The notes under the pieces: model-generated
What the model was told of the DNA's origin: nothing
The model's database searches: none
What the model saw: the letters and a program-made list of their open reading frames with translations, nothing else
Made by a program: the position numbers and the translations under genes
DNA from: Alphaproteobacteria bacterium
GTDB taxonomy: Bacteria; Pseudomonadota; Alphaproteobacteria; JAAXGF01
Length of the DNA: 64,000 nucleotides
Assembly (NCBI GenBank): GCA_963555825.3
Contig: CAUVXB020000002.1
Span: 2,304,001 to 2,368,000 of the forward strand
Reading direction: 5' to 3'
Shown here: one piece after another, positions 53,458 through 63,927 of the stretch
Layout of the letters: the number at the start of each line of letters is the position of its first letter
Position numbering within the stretch: position 1 is the stretch's first letter

Positions 53458-54209
53458 CTTGCCTATCCGGTTATCACCCACACCCACTATATGTAGTGTG
53501 CACCCATTTTCCTGAGTAAAGCTCGGTGCAGGTCGAAGCGGAGATATCTCCGGCGATGCCGAGCAGGGACTCGGACGGCATTGTAGCGGCTTTTAGGCGA
53601 CACTTTAGCGTGGTGGAAATCCTAATCATTGAGTCGGATTTGGCAAAACGCCACGTTGCATAAAGGACCGTCACTTCATTGAAATTTATCTGAAATCGGA
53701 GGTGAACGACAATGGAATATTCCAGGAAATCAGAGCTTCATTGAATTGTAGGATTCGAGTGCCGGATTATTCACAAATAGCTCTGTGAACTGGTTTTCAA
53801 GTTCGCTCAATACGTCATATGGAGTAAACGGATTGAGGATCACGTTCTTGCGTGTCGCTTCGTCTTCGCTGCGACTCAAAACGCGCAGGAGACTAACAGG
53901 CGCGGACGGGTTCTTCGCAACGATTCGTGCCAGCGCGTCGCTTTCTTCGACTAGTGCCGTCAATCGCTCAGACGATGTCGTTTCATCAGCAGCTTCCCGT
54001 CTGGCCGTGGGTTTCTTCGTTTTTCCCTTGGTCGCCACCGTTCCGTCCCCCGATGTTAAGTACGTGACGTGAATTAAACTCCGGTTCGGTTTTCAGAACA
54101 ATCAAGAATTAGCCGGATCGCCTCCTCAATGCGCCTGCGCCGGCCCTTGCCTGCAGTCCAAGGAGACACACTACATATAGTGGGTGTGGGTGATAACCGG
54201 ATAGGCAAG
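53458..54209. mobile_element. non-autonomous IS1595-type mobile cassette (MIC) with passenger gene
   Basis: Perfect 43-bp terminal IRs (CTTGCCTATCCGGTTATCACCCACACCCACTATATGTAGTGTG), 8-bp DR CTTTAATC, no transposase. Confidence 0.85.
53730..54038 (-). CDS. passenger protein with LRV/HEAT-like repeats (102 aa)
   Basis: Repeats VAKNPSAPVSLLRVLS / VILNPFTPYDVLSELE / VNNPAL; GTG start with GGGGA RBS. Confidence 0.6.
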   Translation of the reverse strand: MATKGKTKKPTARREAADETTSSERLTALVEESDALARIVAKNPSAPVSLLRVLSRSEDEATRKNVILNPFTPYDVLSELENQFTELFVNNPALESYNSMKL

Positions 54210-54642
54210 CTTTAATCTTTCTAATGATTTCTTTTACGGCATCTTTGTACTTCTTTTCCCAACCTTAATATATATTGCCCCTTTTAAAACTCTCGAGTTT
54301 GTTGATCGTAGTTTTGAAGGCGCCGTTGACTTGCGTCCGCTTGGCGACACAGTTCTGCCATGCCGCCTTGCGCAGAGCGTTGGCATCGACCCCTGCGGAT
54401 TGTTGACAAGCGTTCGCGTTGCACGCGGTCGCTAAATGAAGACCCGCGTTCCCGTCGACGCATGCCGTGTGTCCCGCGTCATAGGGAATCAGGGAACAGC
54501 CTTGTTGCTTGGAAGCCGCCAGAACATCCGATTTGTCGAGCGCTAGCGCATGGCCGTGCCCGAGAAAAATCCACGCTGTCGCCATCACCGCGACCACGCC
54601 AAGTTTGACTCCGATTGTGATCTTCATTGTGTCCCTCCTTAA

Positions 54643-56112
54643 CAGCCCGTTGAAAAAGGCGTCATTGACCGGGTTTCACGCCACGGCGAAGCATATCGCG
54701 GCGAAGGCGGTTTAGCCATCCTCCGAGACGATGAGGACGATCTGAACGACCAGGACGGCTCCAGCGGGCGTAACAAGCACGAACAAGGCGCCAATTCCGC
54801 CCGCCACGGCCTCCTTCGGGGTGCCGGCGCCGATGAGTTGGCGCATCAGCAACGATAGGTTGTGGCCGGCGACGTGAAGCAGGTATCGCTTGTGCACGTT
54901 CTCGCGGCCCCGAAGCCAGGTCCGGCGCATACCGCCGCGATCGAGGTTGTGGGCAAAGGAGCGCTCGACGATCTCGGCGCGCAGCTTGAAGGCTTCCCTG
55001 GCCACCCCCGATAACAGCCGGGTCCGGTTGTTGGTGACCGCCCGGCGAGCCGCATCATCTCCGTGCCAGCGCGCAAAACCCTTCTGCTTGGGCTCGGAGA
55101 TCCGGCTCTTCCAGGGGCCGTCGTCGAGCGCCTTCAAGACCAACCGTGAGTGGTAGCCCTTATCGGTCACACATTCGGCCGGATCTTCGGCCGTCGGCGC
55201 CACATCCACCGCCTCGAGGTTTGCCTCGGCCGCCGCCAGGGTCTTGGGAAGCGTTGTCGTATCGCCCTCGTCGGCCGGGTGCAGCTCCGCCGCCACCACC
55301 GCGCCGGTGTCCAGATCCACCGCGTGCTCGGGCTTGTAGGCCAGGTGCGTGGTGCCGTCCTTCATCTTGGCGATCTTGGCCTCGGGGTCGCTCCTGGAAA
55401 CCCAGTCCTGGTTCGAGAGCTTCTTGCCCTTGCGCTTGCGGTCCAGACGCGCCAGGTCCTCAGCCGTGGGTGTCTCGATACCGCTCTCCTGGGCCAAGCG
55501 CTCCAGCATCCCCCGGTAACCCTCGCCCGTGTCCCTCCGCACGATGTTGCGCAGCGCCGCGTTGGCCTCCATGGTCGAGGCATCCACCCCGATGCGCTCG
55601 CCCTTCACCAGACCCGCCTCGGCGATCAGCGCCAGGACCCAGTCAAACACCGCCGTGTGGACTTCATGGGGCAGGCGCGCGCGGGTCCGTGACAGCCAGG
55701 AATGGTCCGGCACCCGTTCCCGCCTCTCCAACAGCAGGAACTCCCGTAGCGACAGGGAATCCGAGCACCGCCACTCCAGCCCACGCTCAGAGTCGATACC
55801 CTCGAAGTAGCCCACCAGGTGCATACGGAAGTAGCGCCCGGGTGGCACCGAAGGCGCCCCCATCCTGGCCGCGTAATAGGGCTGGCAGACCGCCTCGGCG
55901 AAGCCGTCGAAGCCGCCCTCGATCAGTACCAACTGCAGGCGGTCGTAAAATACATGACCTGGCGAGCGCGGCATCTCCGACCAGCTCACCATCAAGTCCC
56001 CCTGACGATCCTTCTGCTGTCCCATCGCCATCAGCGAACCCCCCTTCAGGCCAGGACACCAGAGAATCAGACCATGCCGACTTCGTCCAGGGAAGACTTC
56101 GTCAACGGGCTG
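54643..56112 (-). mobile_element. IS1182-family IS
   Basis: IRs CAGCCCGTTGA / TCAACGGGCTG flanked by TTAA on both sides. Confidence 0.85.
54712..56031 (-). CDS. IS1182-like (DUF772 plus DDE) transposase
   Basis: PDHSWLSR, GVDASTMEANA, SDPEAKI, TDKGYH, VERSFAH. Confidence 0.88.
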   Translation of the reverse strand: MAMGQQKDRQGDLMVSWSEMPRSPGHVFYDRLQLVLIEGGFDGFAEAVCQPYYAARMGAPSVPPGRYFRMHLVGYFEGIDSERGLEWRCSDSLSLREFLLLERRERVPDHSWLSRTRARLPHEVHTAVFDWVLALIAEAGLVKGERIGVDASTMEANAALRNIVRRDTGEGYRGMLERLAQESGIETPTAEDLARLDRKRKGKKLSNQDWVSRSDPEAKIAKMKDGTTHLAYKPEHAVDLDTGAVVAAELHPADEGDTTTLPKTLAAAEANLEAVDVAPTAEDPAECVTDKGYHSRLVLKALDDGPWKSRISEPKQKGFARWHGDDAARRAVTNNRTRLLSGVAREAFKLRAEIVERSFAHNLDRGGMRRTWLRGRENVHKRYLLHVAGHNLSLLMRQLIGAGTPKEAVAGGIGALFVLVTPAGAVLVVQIVLIVSEDG

Positions 56113-56283
56113 TTAAGGGGTCGTCACGCGTTCGTCACCCGTGATGCTCGGTGTGGCGCCTTGTGAAACCAACGCCAAACGGGCGCGAGGCTCGAACCTG
56201 CCGGGCCGCATGCTTGGCTGGCGGGAGCCACCCCGCTTCAACCGGGCCCGGCTCGGCATTTTCTCTCGTCACGCCTCTGACTC

Positions 56284-56853
56284 TCAGCCGCTAGCGCGGA
56301 CAGAAACATAGTATGACTTGTCTTCCAACGACCCGAACGATCCAAACGTCTGGTCAATCGCCTTCGCCACTTTCTCATCACGATACGCCACAACCGTCTC
56401 GCTCCGATCAACGGATACGGGCCATGTTTCGGCACTCGAATCCGTTTCTTCAACAGCGAGTATCGCAAGTGAGATCTGCAATTCGCCATTCTTTGCGAAA
56501 GAGATGCACAGACTATTCAGCGATTGGAGGTGCGGTAATTCTGCGAGCAGTCCCTCTACCCCGGCAGTTCGATTGCCCGTCGATGTTTTGCGAAAGGCAG
56601 ACGAGATGCATAGATTCGCGAGGCCGCCCGAGATATTCATCCTGTAAATACTCGACCTGGCCGTTGTCCGATTAGCGAGGGATTGCATGGGGATCATACC
56701 CACACATGTATTCCACCAAGCCGGTTGAAGCACTTTTTCGGTACTTCCTGCGATCTTTTCGGACACCGCCGCGCATATGCTTTCGGCTATGTTTGGCCGT
56801 TCAGTCCTAGTCGCAGCAAATACACCAGCACAAGTCCTGGTAAAAAGGCTCAT
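56284..56853 (-). CDS. hypothetical protein
   Basis: 189-aa ATG ORF in lower-GC sequence; no recognised domain, may be degraded. Confidence 0.35.
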   Translation of the reverse strand: MSLFTRTCAGVFAATRTERPNIAESICAAVSEKIAGSTEKVLQPAWWNTCVGMIPMQSLANRTTARSSIYRMNISGGLANLCISSAFRKTSTGNRTAGVEGLLAELPHLQSLNSLCISFAKNGELQISLAILAVEETDSSAETWPVSVDRSETVVAYRDEKVAKAIDQTFGSFGSLEDKSYYVSVRASG

Positions 56854-56970
56854 AGTTAGCGACCTTAGTCAGTTCCGTAATTTTCCGAGTGACTTGAGCC
56901 GAATGCCTGTCTAGTGTCCTGATCGATAAATTGATATGATTATGTCTCTATTTGTTTTTAGGAGGCGCGA

Positions 56971-58096
56971 TTGATGGCGAGAGTGGCGGTGACGATCTCT
57001 TTGAGCGATGACGAGCGCGCCGAATTGGAGGCGCTGTCTCGTCGTCGCAAGACGTCGCAGGGGCTTGCGCGGCGGGCTCGGATCGTCTTGGCGGCGGCGG
57101 AAGGGTTGGAGAACAAGGAGATCGCCGTTCGTCTCGAGGCGAGCGCGGACACCGTGGGCAAGTGGCGTCGCCGCTATGCGGCGGAGGGCCTCGACGGTCT
57201 GTACGACGAACCCCGCCCCGGCGCGCCGCGTCAAATCGGCGATGACGCCATCGCGGAAGCGGTCCGGCTGACGCTGGAAGAGACGCCGCCGGACGCGACC
57301 CATTGGAGCCTTCGCTCGATGGCGCGGGCGAGCGGCCACGCGCCCTCGACCATTCATCGCATCTGGCGGGCCTTCGGCTTGCAGCCGCATCGCTCGGAGA
57401 CCTTCAAGCTGTCGAGCGATCCCTTCTTCGTGGAGAAGGTCCGCGACATCGTCGGTCTGTATTTGGCGCCGCCGGATCGTGCCCTGGTTCTCTGTGTCGA
57501 CGAAAAGAGCCAGATCCAGGCCCTGGACCGTTCCCAGCCCCTCTTGCCGATGCGCCCCGGGCAGGCGGAGCGGCGCAGCCACGACTACAAGCGCCACGGC
57601 ACGACCTCTCTCTTCGCGGCCCTCGACATCGCCACGGGAGAGATCATCGGCAAATGTTTCCCGCGCCATCGGGCCCGAGAGTTCCGCAAATTCCTCGACC
57701 TCGTCGAGGCGACACGTCCCTGCTGATCTCGACATCCACATCGTCATGGACAACTACGGGACCCACAAGACCAAGGCGATCCGCGACTGGTTCGCCAAAC
57801 GGCCGCGCTGGCAGGCCCATTTCACACCCACCAGCGCCTCCTGGCTGAACCAGGTCGAGCGCTGGTTCGGGCTGCTGACCGACAAGCAGATCAGGCGCGG
57901 CGTCCATCGCTCCACCAAGGAGTTGGAGCGCACCATCCTCGACTACATCGACACGACAAACCAGAACCCCAAACCCTTCAAATGGACCAAATCCGCCGAT
58001 GACATCCTCGGCGCCATCCAGCGCTTCTGCCTCCGAACAATCGAAATCGCTGAACAGCAGGCGAAAATCATGCGAACTTCGGAATCGGGACACTAG
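56971..58096 (+). pseudogene. IS630 transposase with +1 frameshift near 57713
   Basis: GCGACACGTCCC versus GCGAACGTCCC in the other five copies; unit 1182 bp. Confidence 0.85.
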
Positions 58097-58152
58097 TGTC
58101 CTGATCGATAAATTGATATGATTATGTCTCTATTTGTTTTTAGGAGGCGCGA

Positions 58153-59277
58153 TTGATGGCGAGAGTGGCGGTGACGATCTCTTTGAGCGATGACGAGCGC
58201 GCCGAATTGGAGGCGCTGTCTCGTCGTCGCAAGACGTCGCAGGGGCTTGCGCGGCGGGCTCGGATCGTCTTGGCGGCGGCGGAAGGGTTGGAGAACAAGG
58301 AGATCGCCGTTCGTCTCGAGGCGAGCGCGGACACCGTGGGCAAGTGGCGTCGCCGCTATGCGGCGGAGGGCCTCGACGGTCTGTACGACGAACCCCGCCC
58401 CGGCGCGCCGCGTCAAATCGGCGATGACGCCATCGCGGAAGCGGTCCGGCTGACGCTGGAAGAGACGCCGCCGGACGCGACCCATTGGAGCCTTCGCTCG
58501 ATGGCGCGGGCGAGCGGCCACGCGCCCTCGACCATTCATCGCATCTGGCGGGCCTTCGGCTTGCAGCCGCATCGCTCGGAGACCTTCAAGCTGTCGAGCG
58601 ATCCCTTCTTCGTGGAGAAGGTCCGCGACATCGTCGGTCTGTATTTGGCGCCGCCGGATCGTGCCCTGGTTCTCTGTGTCGACGAAAAGAGCCAGATCCA
58701 GGCCCTGGACCGTTCCCAGCCCCTCTTGCCGATGCGCCCCGGGCAGGCGGAGCGGCGCAGCCACGACTACAAGCGCCACGGCACGACCTCTCTCTTCGCG
58801 GCCCTCGACATCGCCACGGGAGAGATCATCGGCAAATGTTTCCCGCGCCATCGGGCCCGAGAGTTCCGCAAATTCCTCGACCTCGTCGAGGCGAACGTCC
58901 CTGCTGATCTCGACATCCACATCGTCATGGACAACTACGGGACCCACAAGACCAAGGCGATCCGCGACTGGTTCGCCAAACGGCCGCGCTGGCAGGCCCA
59001 TTTCACACCCACCAGCGCCTCCTGGCTGAACCAGGTCGAGCGCTGGTTCGGGCTGCTGACCGACAAGCAGATCAGGCGCGGCGTCCATCGCTCCACCAAG
59101 GAGTTGGAGCGCACCATCCTCGACTACATCGACACGACAAACCAGAACCCCAAACCCTTCAAATGGACCAAATCCGCCGATGACATCCTCGGCGCCATCC
59201 AGCGCTTCTGCCTCCGAACAATCGAAATCGCTGAACAGCAGGCGAAAATCATGCGAACTTCGGAATCGGGACACTAG
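58153..59277 (+). CDS. IS630 transposase
   Basis: Identical 374-aa protein; stop TAG in the CTAG junction. Confidence 0.95.
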   Translation: MMARVAVTISLSDDERAELEALSRRRKTSQGLARRARIVLAAAEGLENKEIAVRLEASADTVGKWRRRYAAEGLDGLYDEPRPGAPRQIGDDAIAEAVRLTLEETPPDATHWSLRSMARASGHAPSTIHRIWRAFGLQPHRSETFKLSSDPFFVEKVRDIVGLYLAPPDRALVLCVDEKSQIQALDRSQPLLPMRPGQAERRSHDYKRHGTTSLFAALDIATGEIIGKCFPRHRAREFRKFLDLVEANVPADLDIHIVMDNYGTHKTKAIRDWFAKRPRWQAHFTPTSASWLNQVERWFGLLTDKQIRRGVHRSTKELERTILDYIDTTNQNPKPFKWTKSADDILGAIQRFCLRTIEIAEQQAKIMRTSESGH

Positions 59278-59288
59278 TTGGCTGTAGG

Positions 59289-60708
59289 TGTATCGCACCC
59301 GGTTCCTTGGACACAAGTTTGTCTCATGCGGCGGGCCTGAGTGACATCGCGGTGTGCCACGCCTGACGAGCTTGAGCGGGGCTCAGGTAGCCGTTCTTCT
59401 CCACGATCCACTGGGCATTGTACTGTTCGACGAACCCGCGGACGGCGTTCCGCAGCTCCGCGATGTTGCGGTAGATGCGGCCATGGATGATCTGTTCCTT
59501 GAGCGTGCGATTGAACCTCTCGGCGACGCCGTTGGTCTGGGGCTGTTCGACGAAGGCGTAGGACGGCTGGATGCCCCAGAACTTGATCTGGTTGGTGAAG
59601 TGGTCCGACAGATACTGGGAGCCGTGATCCATCCGCAAGGCCAGCCCCCGCGCCGCACCGGCGGAGGTCGAGGCATACAGCCTCGCAAGCCCCATGGAGA
59701 TCGGCTGAAGGGCGGCGAAGCGGTCGCCTCGCTTGCACACATGCCAGCCGACGCACTCGGCGTTCCAATGCTCGATGGCGGTGAATATCCAGCCCCAGCC
59801 GTCGTCCACCGTGAACACCCGAACGCCGTCCGTGCCCCACATGAGGTTGGGGGCATGGGTGATGATCTCACCGACATGGGGATTTCCGCCACGGCGGCGG
59901 CAGCGATGGGGCGAGAGCAGGTTGTTCTCGCGCATCACCCGGAGCCCCCGCTTGCGGGAAACACGGATGCCACGACAGACCCGAAGCCGAGCCCAGACCT
60001 TGCGGTGTCCCTCGCCCTCCCAGGGGGATGCCTCCAGGTCGGCCTCGATGGCCACCAGCAGAGCCTCGTCCGAGATCGAGGGCTTCGGTCCCCGGCGCTT
60101 TGCTGGTGGGCGCTCAGCGGTGGCCTGCTGCCGGGATTTCATGGCGTAGAACGAGGAACGGGCAAAACCCCAGGCCGCACAGACCCGCTGGAGGCCGTAG
60201 GCCAAACCCGTGCCGGGAGAGGTGGCGGCACTCATCGCCGCGACCTCCGCCGCCCCAAAGGGCCGGACGTCTCCGTCTTGGCCTCCAGCAGTTCCACCTG
60301 CATGATCAACTCCCCGATCCGCTTCATGGCGATGTCCAGTTCCGCCTTCACCGGATCGCCCTTGCGTTCCTTGAGCGAGGCATCGATCCCGGCGATCGCC
60401 TTCTCACGCCACTGCTCGAGCCGGAAAATCTCCACGCCCAACTGCCGCGACAAAAGTTCCACCGGCTCGCCACGCAAAAGCCGCAGGGCAACCTCACGCT
60501 TGCGCGTCACCGTCCACCGCTGGCCAAGTCCCAGCGGGCCTGCCGGCGAAACCTGGCCCGGGGAAAACGTGGACGAGCCAAGCTCGCCCTCGTTTACCAC
60601 AGGCCCATCAACAGCAACTTTGTTCTCAAAATTGTCGGTCATGTTCCGGTCCTCCTTGGACACTTCGATTAAGCCAATTCTGTGTCCAAGGAAATCGGGT
60701 CCGACTCA
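59289..60708 (-). mobile_element. IS3/IS481-like element, copy 3 (orfB 59324-60235, orfA 60232-60642)
   Basis: 1420 bp, matches copy 1; 14-bp DR TAGTTG(G/A)CTGTAGG with one mismatch. Confidence 0.9.
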
Positions 60709-61588
60709 TAGTTGACTGTAGGTGTAATGTCCTTTTGGGGTGTGCTGGGAGCACTGAAGAAATTCTTTGCCTTCTTGGACTGTTCGGTTGATTTTTTGTT
60801 TATCAGACTTTGGAAGCTCTCATAGTCATGGCCGCCCTCGCGAATGCGTGAAGTCTGGACCAGGCAGGTGCTCTCGACATATGACATGCTGACGCTTACG
60901 GATTTGACGTCTACGCAAACACCCTTCAACTCCATGAAGTGCTCAGAGAACTCAATCTGCCGCAAGACGATGGCTCCATAGTCAAAGTCCCTCCTAGTGC
61001 ATTTTCCTTGATGTAACTTTGATAGCTACAGTTCAACGCCTTGTAGCTTTCAGAAGTCATTTGCGCGATGAAGACAACATCCCGTACTGAATTGAGAAAG
61101 GAGGTGAAGTCCACTAGAAGTGAAGCCCCGTCGGTAATGATGGCGCTGGCAACGAGACTAAGGAATTCGCCAGAAATGCTGACGCCACTGATGTTGTTGT
61201 TATAGTTCTTCCTTACGTTTTTGCCTATCGCCAAATCCGGGATTCTTCCCAGGACATGTTGCCATGTCTTAATGTCTAGTTTCTGGCTGGATACCATAGG
61301 ATAGTGCGTGTCCATATAGGCAAACACCAACCCGCCTATCGCCAAGAGGTTGTTTGCATTCTCATTCATGATCCCACTGAATGCGGGGTCCTGTGGTTTC
61401 TGACCAATTAGGTGGAACTGGACCGTTCCCTGGTCGCTAGCGTAGGACTCCGGCGTCGGTGCCGTGGCATCCCTAGCAGCAAAGACAAGCGGAGTGGAAT
61501 GGAACAAATCCTGGGCGCTCGAGTACATTTGCGTTGATTGCTGCTTGCTCGCTGCTTCTGCTGCCTGACCTTTGAGTAGGTTTGACAT
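60709..61588 (-). pseudogene. ~293-aa protein, tentatively Evf/Cyt-like, single frameshift near 60988
   Basis: Two frames join on restoring one base (ALGG-YFDYGAIVLRQIEF); family call is from remembered resemblance only. Confidence 0.5.
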
Positions 61589-62266
61589 GGTCACTCTCTC
61601 CCTTTGGTTGTCCGATGAGATCGGCGGTCGAATTTGCACGCGCTTGCGCGCGGATGAGGAGAATCTCCCTTAACCGGGATTTCCCAGATGGCTAACCCGC
61701 GCTTGATCGAACCGAAGCCCGTCGGCGCGCCTTTGGGAAACAGGCCGGGACGCGACGCTCATCGAGCACCGGATCGCGACCGCGACGATTATCATATTCG
61801 GCTCAATGTTCTTCGGGACGTGTGGAAGCATGATCGGCCGGAACTGGGTCTGTGCGGGATATCGCAAAACATTCGAACTCTACCCCCCGTTGTTGTATGT
61901 GAATATTGTTTTAGTCGAGTTGCTATTTTTGACGTTCTTCCTACACACGCAGAAACCGTAAACCCGGTTTGTTTCGGTGGCTCCTACCACGTGGTAGTAT
62001 TGGATTAAATCTTTTATAGTAACAGTGGCTGGAGTCGGGCGGAGGGTTTTAAAGCGATCAAAGGTTGTCTGGCAATAGAAATATGGATGGGTGGGGTACG
62101 AGCAATTTTGAATTGTTCGGTTGATGATTTCGCGTTATAGTTCATTGCCTCGACGCCGCCGCATTGCCCGGCAGCCCGTTGCGCGCGGGCCTGTCGTCTG
62201 TGCCGCTTACCCCATGGGTCCAAGGCGAGGCAACGCCTGGATTAAGCCGATGGAGACGAAACAATC

Positions 62267-62893
62267 GTGTCAAACCCTAGCCGTGAACTTCTGCTTGCAG
62301 AGGCGCTGGATCTCTTGTCCATCGCGATCTTTATCATTGGCCCCGACTACGGAGTGGCATGGTTGAACCAGCGCGGGAAGTCGCTCGTCGAGTCGCGGGA
62401 TGGAATGTCGCTGACCAACAAACGGCTGCGGGGAGATACCACGACGCAGTCTCGGGAAATCGATGAGGTCTTGGATCGCACGACGCTTCGGCAGCTCCTA
62501 CCGAGCCCGGACCGTTTGGTCTTGGCGCGCTCGATCACCCGAAGGTCTGGGGAGCGGCCCTTGCAGCTCGTCGCAACGGCCGTGCCCGATGCCAATTCTG
62601 GTAAGGCTTCCAACGACCGATTCGCGATTCTGCTTGTCGGTGAATACGACTCCCATCGGCTTGCCCGACCCGAACTGCTCGGGGTGCTGTTCGACCTGAC
62701 GCCGACCGAGGCCCGGGTCGCCGCCGAGGTCGCCAATGGGCAGTCTCTCGACGACGTGGCGCGCGAATTGAGACTCGGCATCGGCACGGTGAGGTGGCAC
62801 GTGAAACGGATCATGTCGCGCACGGATACGCGCCGGCAAGCGGAGCTCGTTCGCATGATCCTGCTGAGTCCCGTTGGCATATTGGCGGCCTGA
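62267..62893 (+). CDS. LuxR/CsgD-type HTH transcriptional regulator with PAS-like N-terminus
   Basis: FDLTPTEARVAAEVANGQSLDDVARELRLGIGTVRWHVKRIMSRTDTRRQAELV. Confidence 0.88.
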   Translation: MSNPSRELLLAEALDLLSIAIFIIGPDYGVAWLNQRGKSLVESRDGMSLTNKRLRGDTTTQSREIDEVLDRTTLRQLLPSPDRLVLARSITRRSGERPLQLVATAVPDANSGKASNDRFAILLVGEYDSHRLARPELLGVLFDLTPTEARVAAEVANGQSLDDVARELRLGIGTVRWHVKRIMSRTDTRRQAELVRMILLSPVGILAA

Positions 62894-62968
62894 CGAACGT
62901 TCCGCGAGATGGACGCCTCGACGGCCCGACGCGGCATGGGAAAGCCGCCCGCAGGCGCGCCTCCGCGG

Positions 62969-63772
62969 TCACTCGCCGGTGAAGTTCGGCTCGCGTTTCT
63001 CGAAGAAGGCGTTGGTGCCCTCGAGGTTGTCGCGCGTCATCGCGGTCTGGACGAGCGCCTCGGTCTCGAAGTCGAGCGCCGCCTCGAGCGAGGATTCGAG
63101 CGCCCTGTCGATCATCACCTTGTGGAGCTGGACGGCGACCGGCGCGCGGCTCGCGATGCGCCGAGCCAGTGCCTCGGCGGCCTGGCGTTCCTCGCCCGCC
63201 GGCACGACGCGGTTGACCAGGCCGATGCGGTGGGCCTCCTCGGCGCCGATGAACTCGCCCGTGTAGGCCAGCTCACGGGCGCGCGCGAGGCCGACCTTGC
63301 GTGGCATGAAGAAGGTGCCGCCGTTGGTGATGGTCACCCCGATGTTGACCTCGGGGAAGCCGAACTGCGCGTCGGCGGCCGCGACCACCAGGTCGCAGGC
63401 GAAGACCACCTCGCAGCCCGCCCCGACCGCGTAGCCCTGGACCGCGGCGATCACCGGAAAGCGCGCGCGGCGGATCAGCCGGGTCGAGTTCTGCAGGCTC
63501 TTCTGCCACTCGCGCAGCTGGCTGGCCGTCAGCTTGCCGGCGACCATGTCCTCGTTGTGCTCGCGGATCTCGCCGACGTCGTGGCCGGCGAGAAACGAAC
63601 GGCCCTCGCCCGCCAGCACCAGGCAGCGCACCTCGCGGTCCTTGTCAAGCTCGGCCAGCAATTCGTCCATCTTGGTCCAGCTCTCGATGGTCATGGCGTT
63701 GAGCCGGTTGGGCCGGTTGAAGATCAGCCAGGCGACGTGGCCGTCCTTGCGGACGATGATGCGGTCGGTCAT
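62969..63772 (-). CDS. enoyl-CoA hydratase/isomerase family protein
   Basis: NRPNRLNA, FLAGHD, AVGAGCE, FGFPEVNIG, AFFEKREPNFTG. Confidence 0.93.
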   Translation of the reverse strand: MTDRIIVRKDGHVAWLIFNRPNRLNAMTIESWTKMDELLAELDKDREVRCLVLAGEGRSFLAGHDVGEIREHNEDMVAGKLTASQLREWQKSLQNSTRLIRRARFPVIAAVQGYAVGAGCEVVFACDLVVAAADAQFGFPEVNIGVTITNGGTFFMPRKVGLARARELAYTGEFIGAEEAHRIGLVNRVVPAGEERQAAEALARRIASRAPVAVQLHKVMIDRALESSLEAALDFETEALVQTAMTRDNLEGTNAFFEKREPNFTGE

Positions 63773-63844
63773 CGGGGCTCTCCCTCACTCTTAGTTTCCG
63801 TGCGCCGTCACTTTGTAACGGCGAACTGCGTTCAATTGCCACGC

Positions 63845-63927
63845 AGGCCAATCTTGATCCCACAAGGCCAATCTTGATCCCACAAGGCCAATCTTGATCC
63901 CACAAGGCCAATCTTGATCCCACAAGG
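63845..63927. repeat. tandem repeat, 20-bp unit AGGCCAATCTTGATCCCACA x4
   Basis: Four perfect contiguous copies plus AGG; no spacers. Confidence 0.95.

Larger units (their letters stand above)
53373..54627 (-). pseudogene. Cys-rich secreted protein, with internal TAA and split by the 752-bp cassette
   Basis: Signal peptide; frame continues past TAA (54265) as GWEKKYKDAVKEIIRKIK and, after removing the cassette, AGQPNHRTQLRNADGNVVKCERFVE*. Confidence 0.65.
56911..59277 (+). mobile_element. head-to-tail pair of the same IS630 element
   Basis: CTAG junctions at 56911, 58093, 59274. Confidence 0.95.

Noticed and set aside
4420-61588. Single indels (DMT ~5090, IS630 ~29200 and ~57713, ~60988) as programmed frameshifts
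   Set aside because: No slippery motifs; decay or sequencing error is more likely and cannot be separated without reads.
63845-63927. CRISPR array
   Set aside because: Repeats are contiguous with no spacers, and no cas genes are present.
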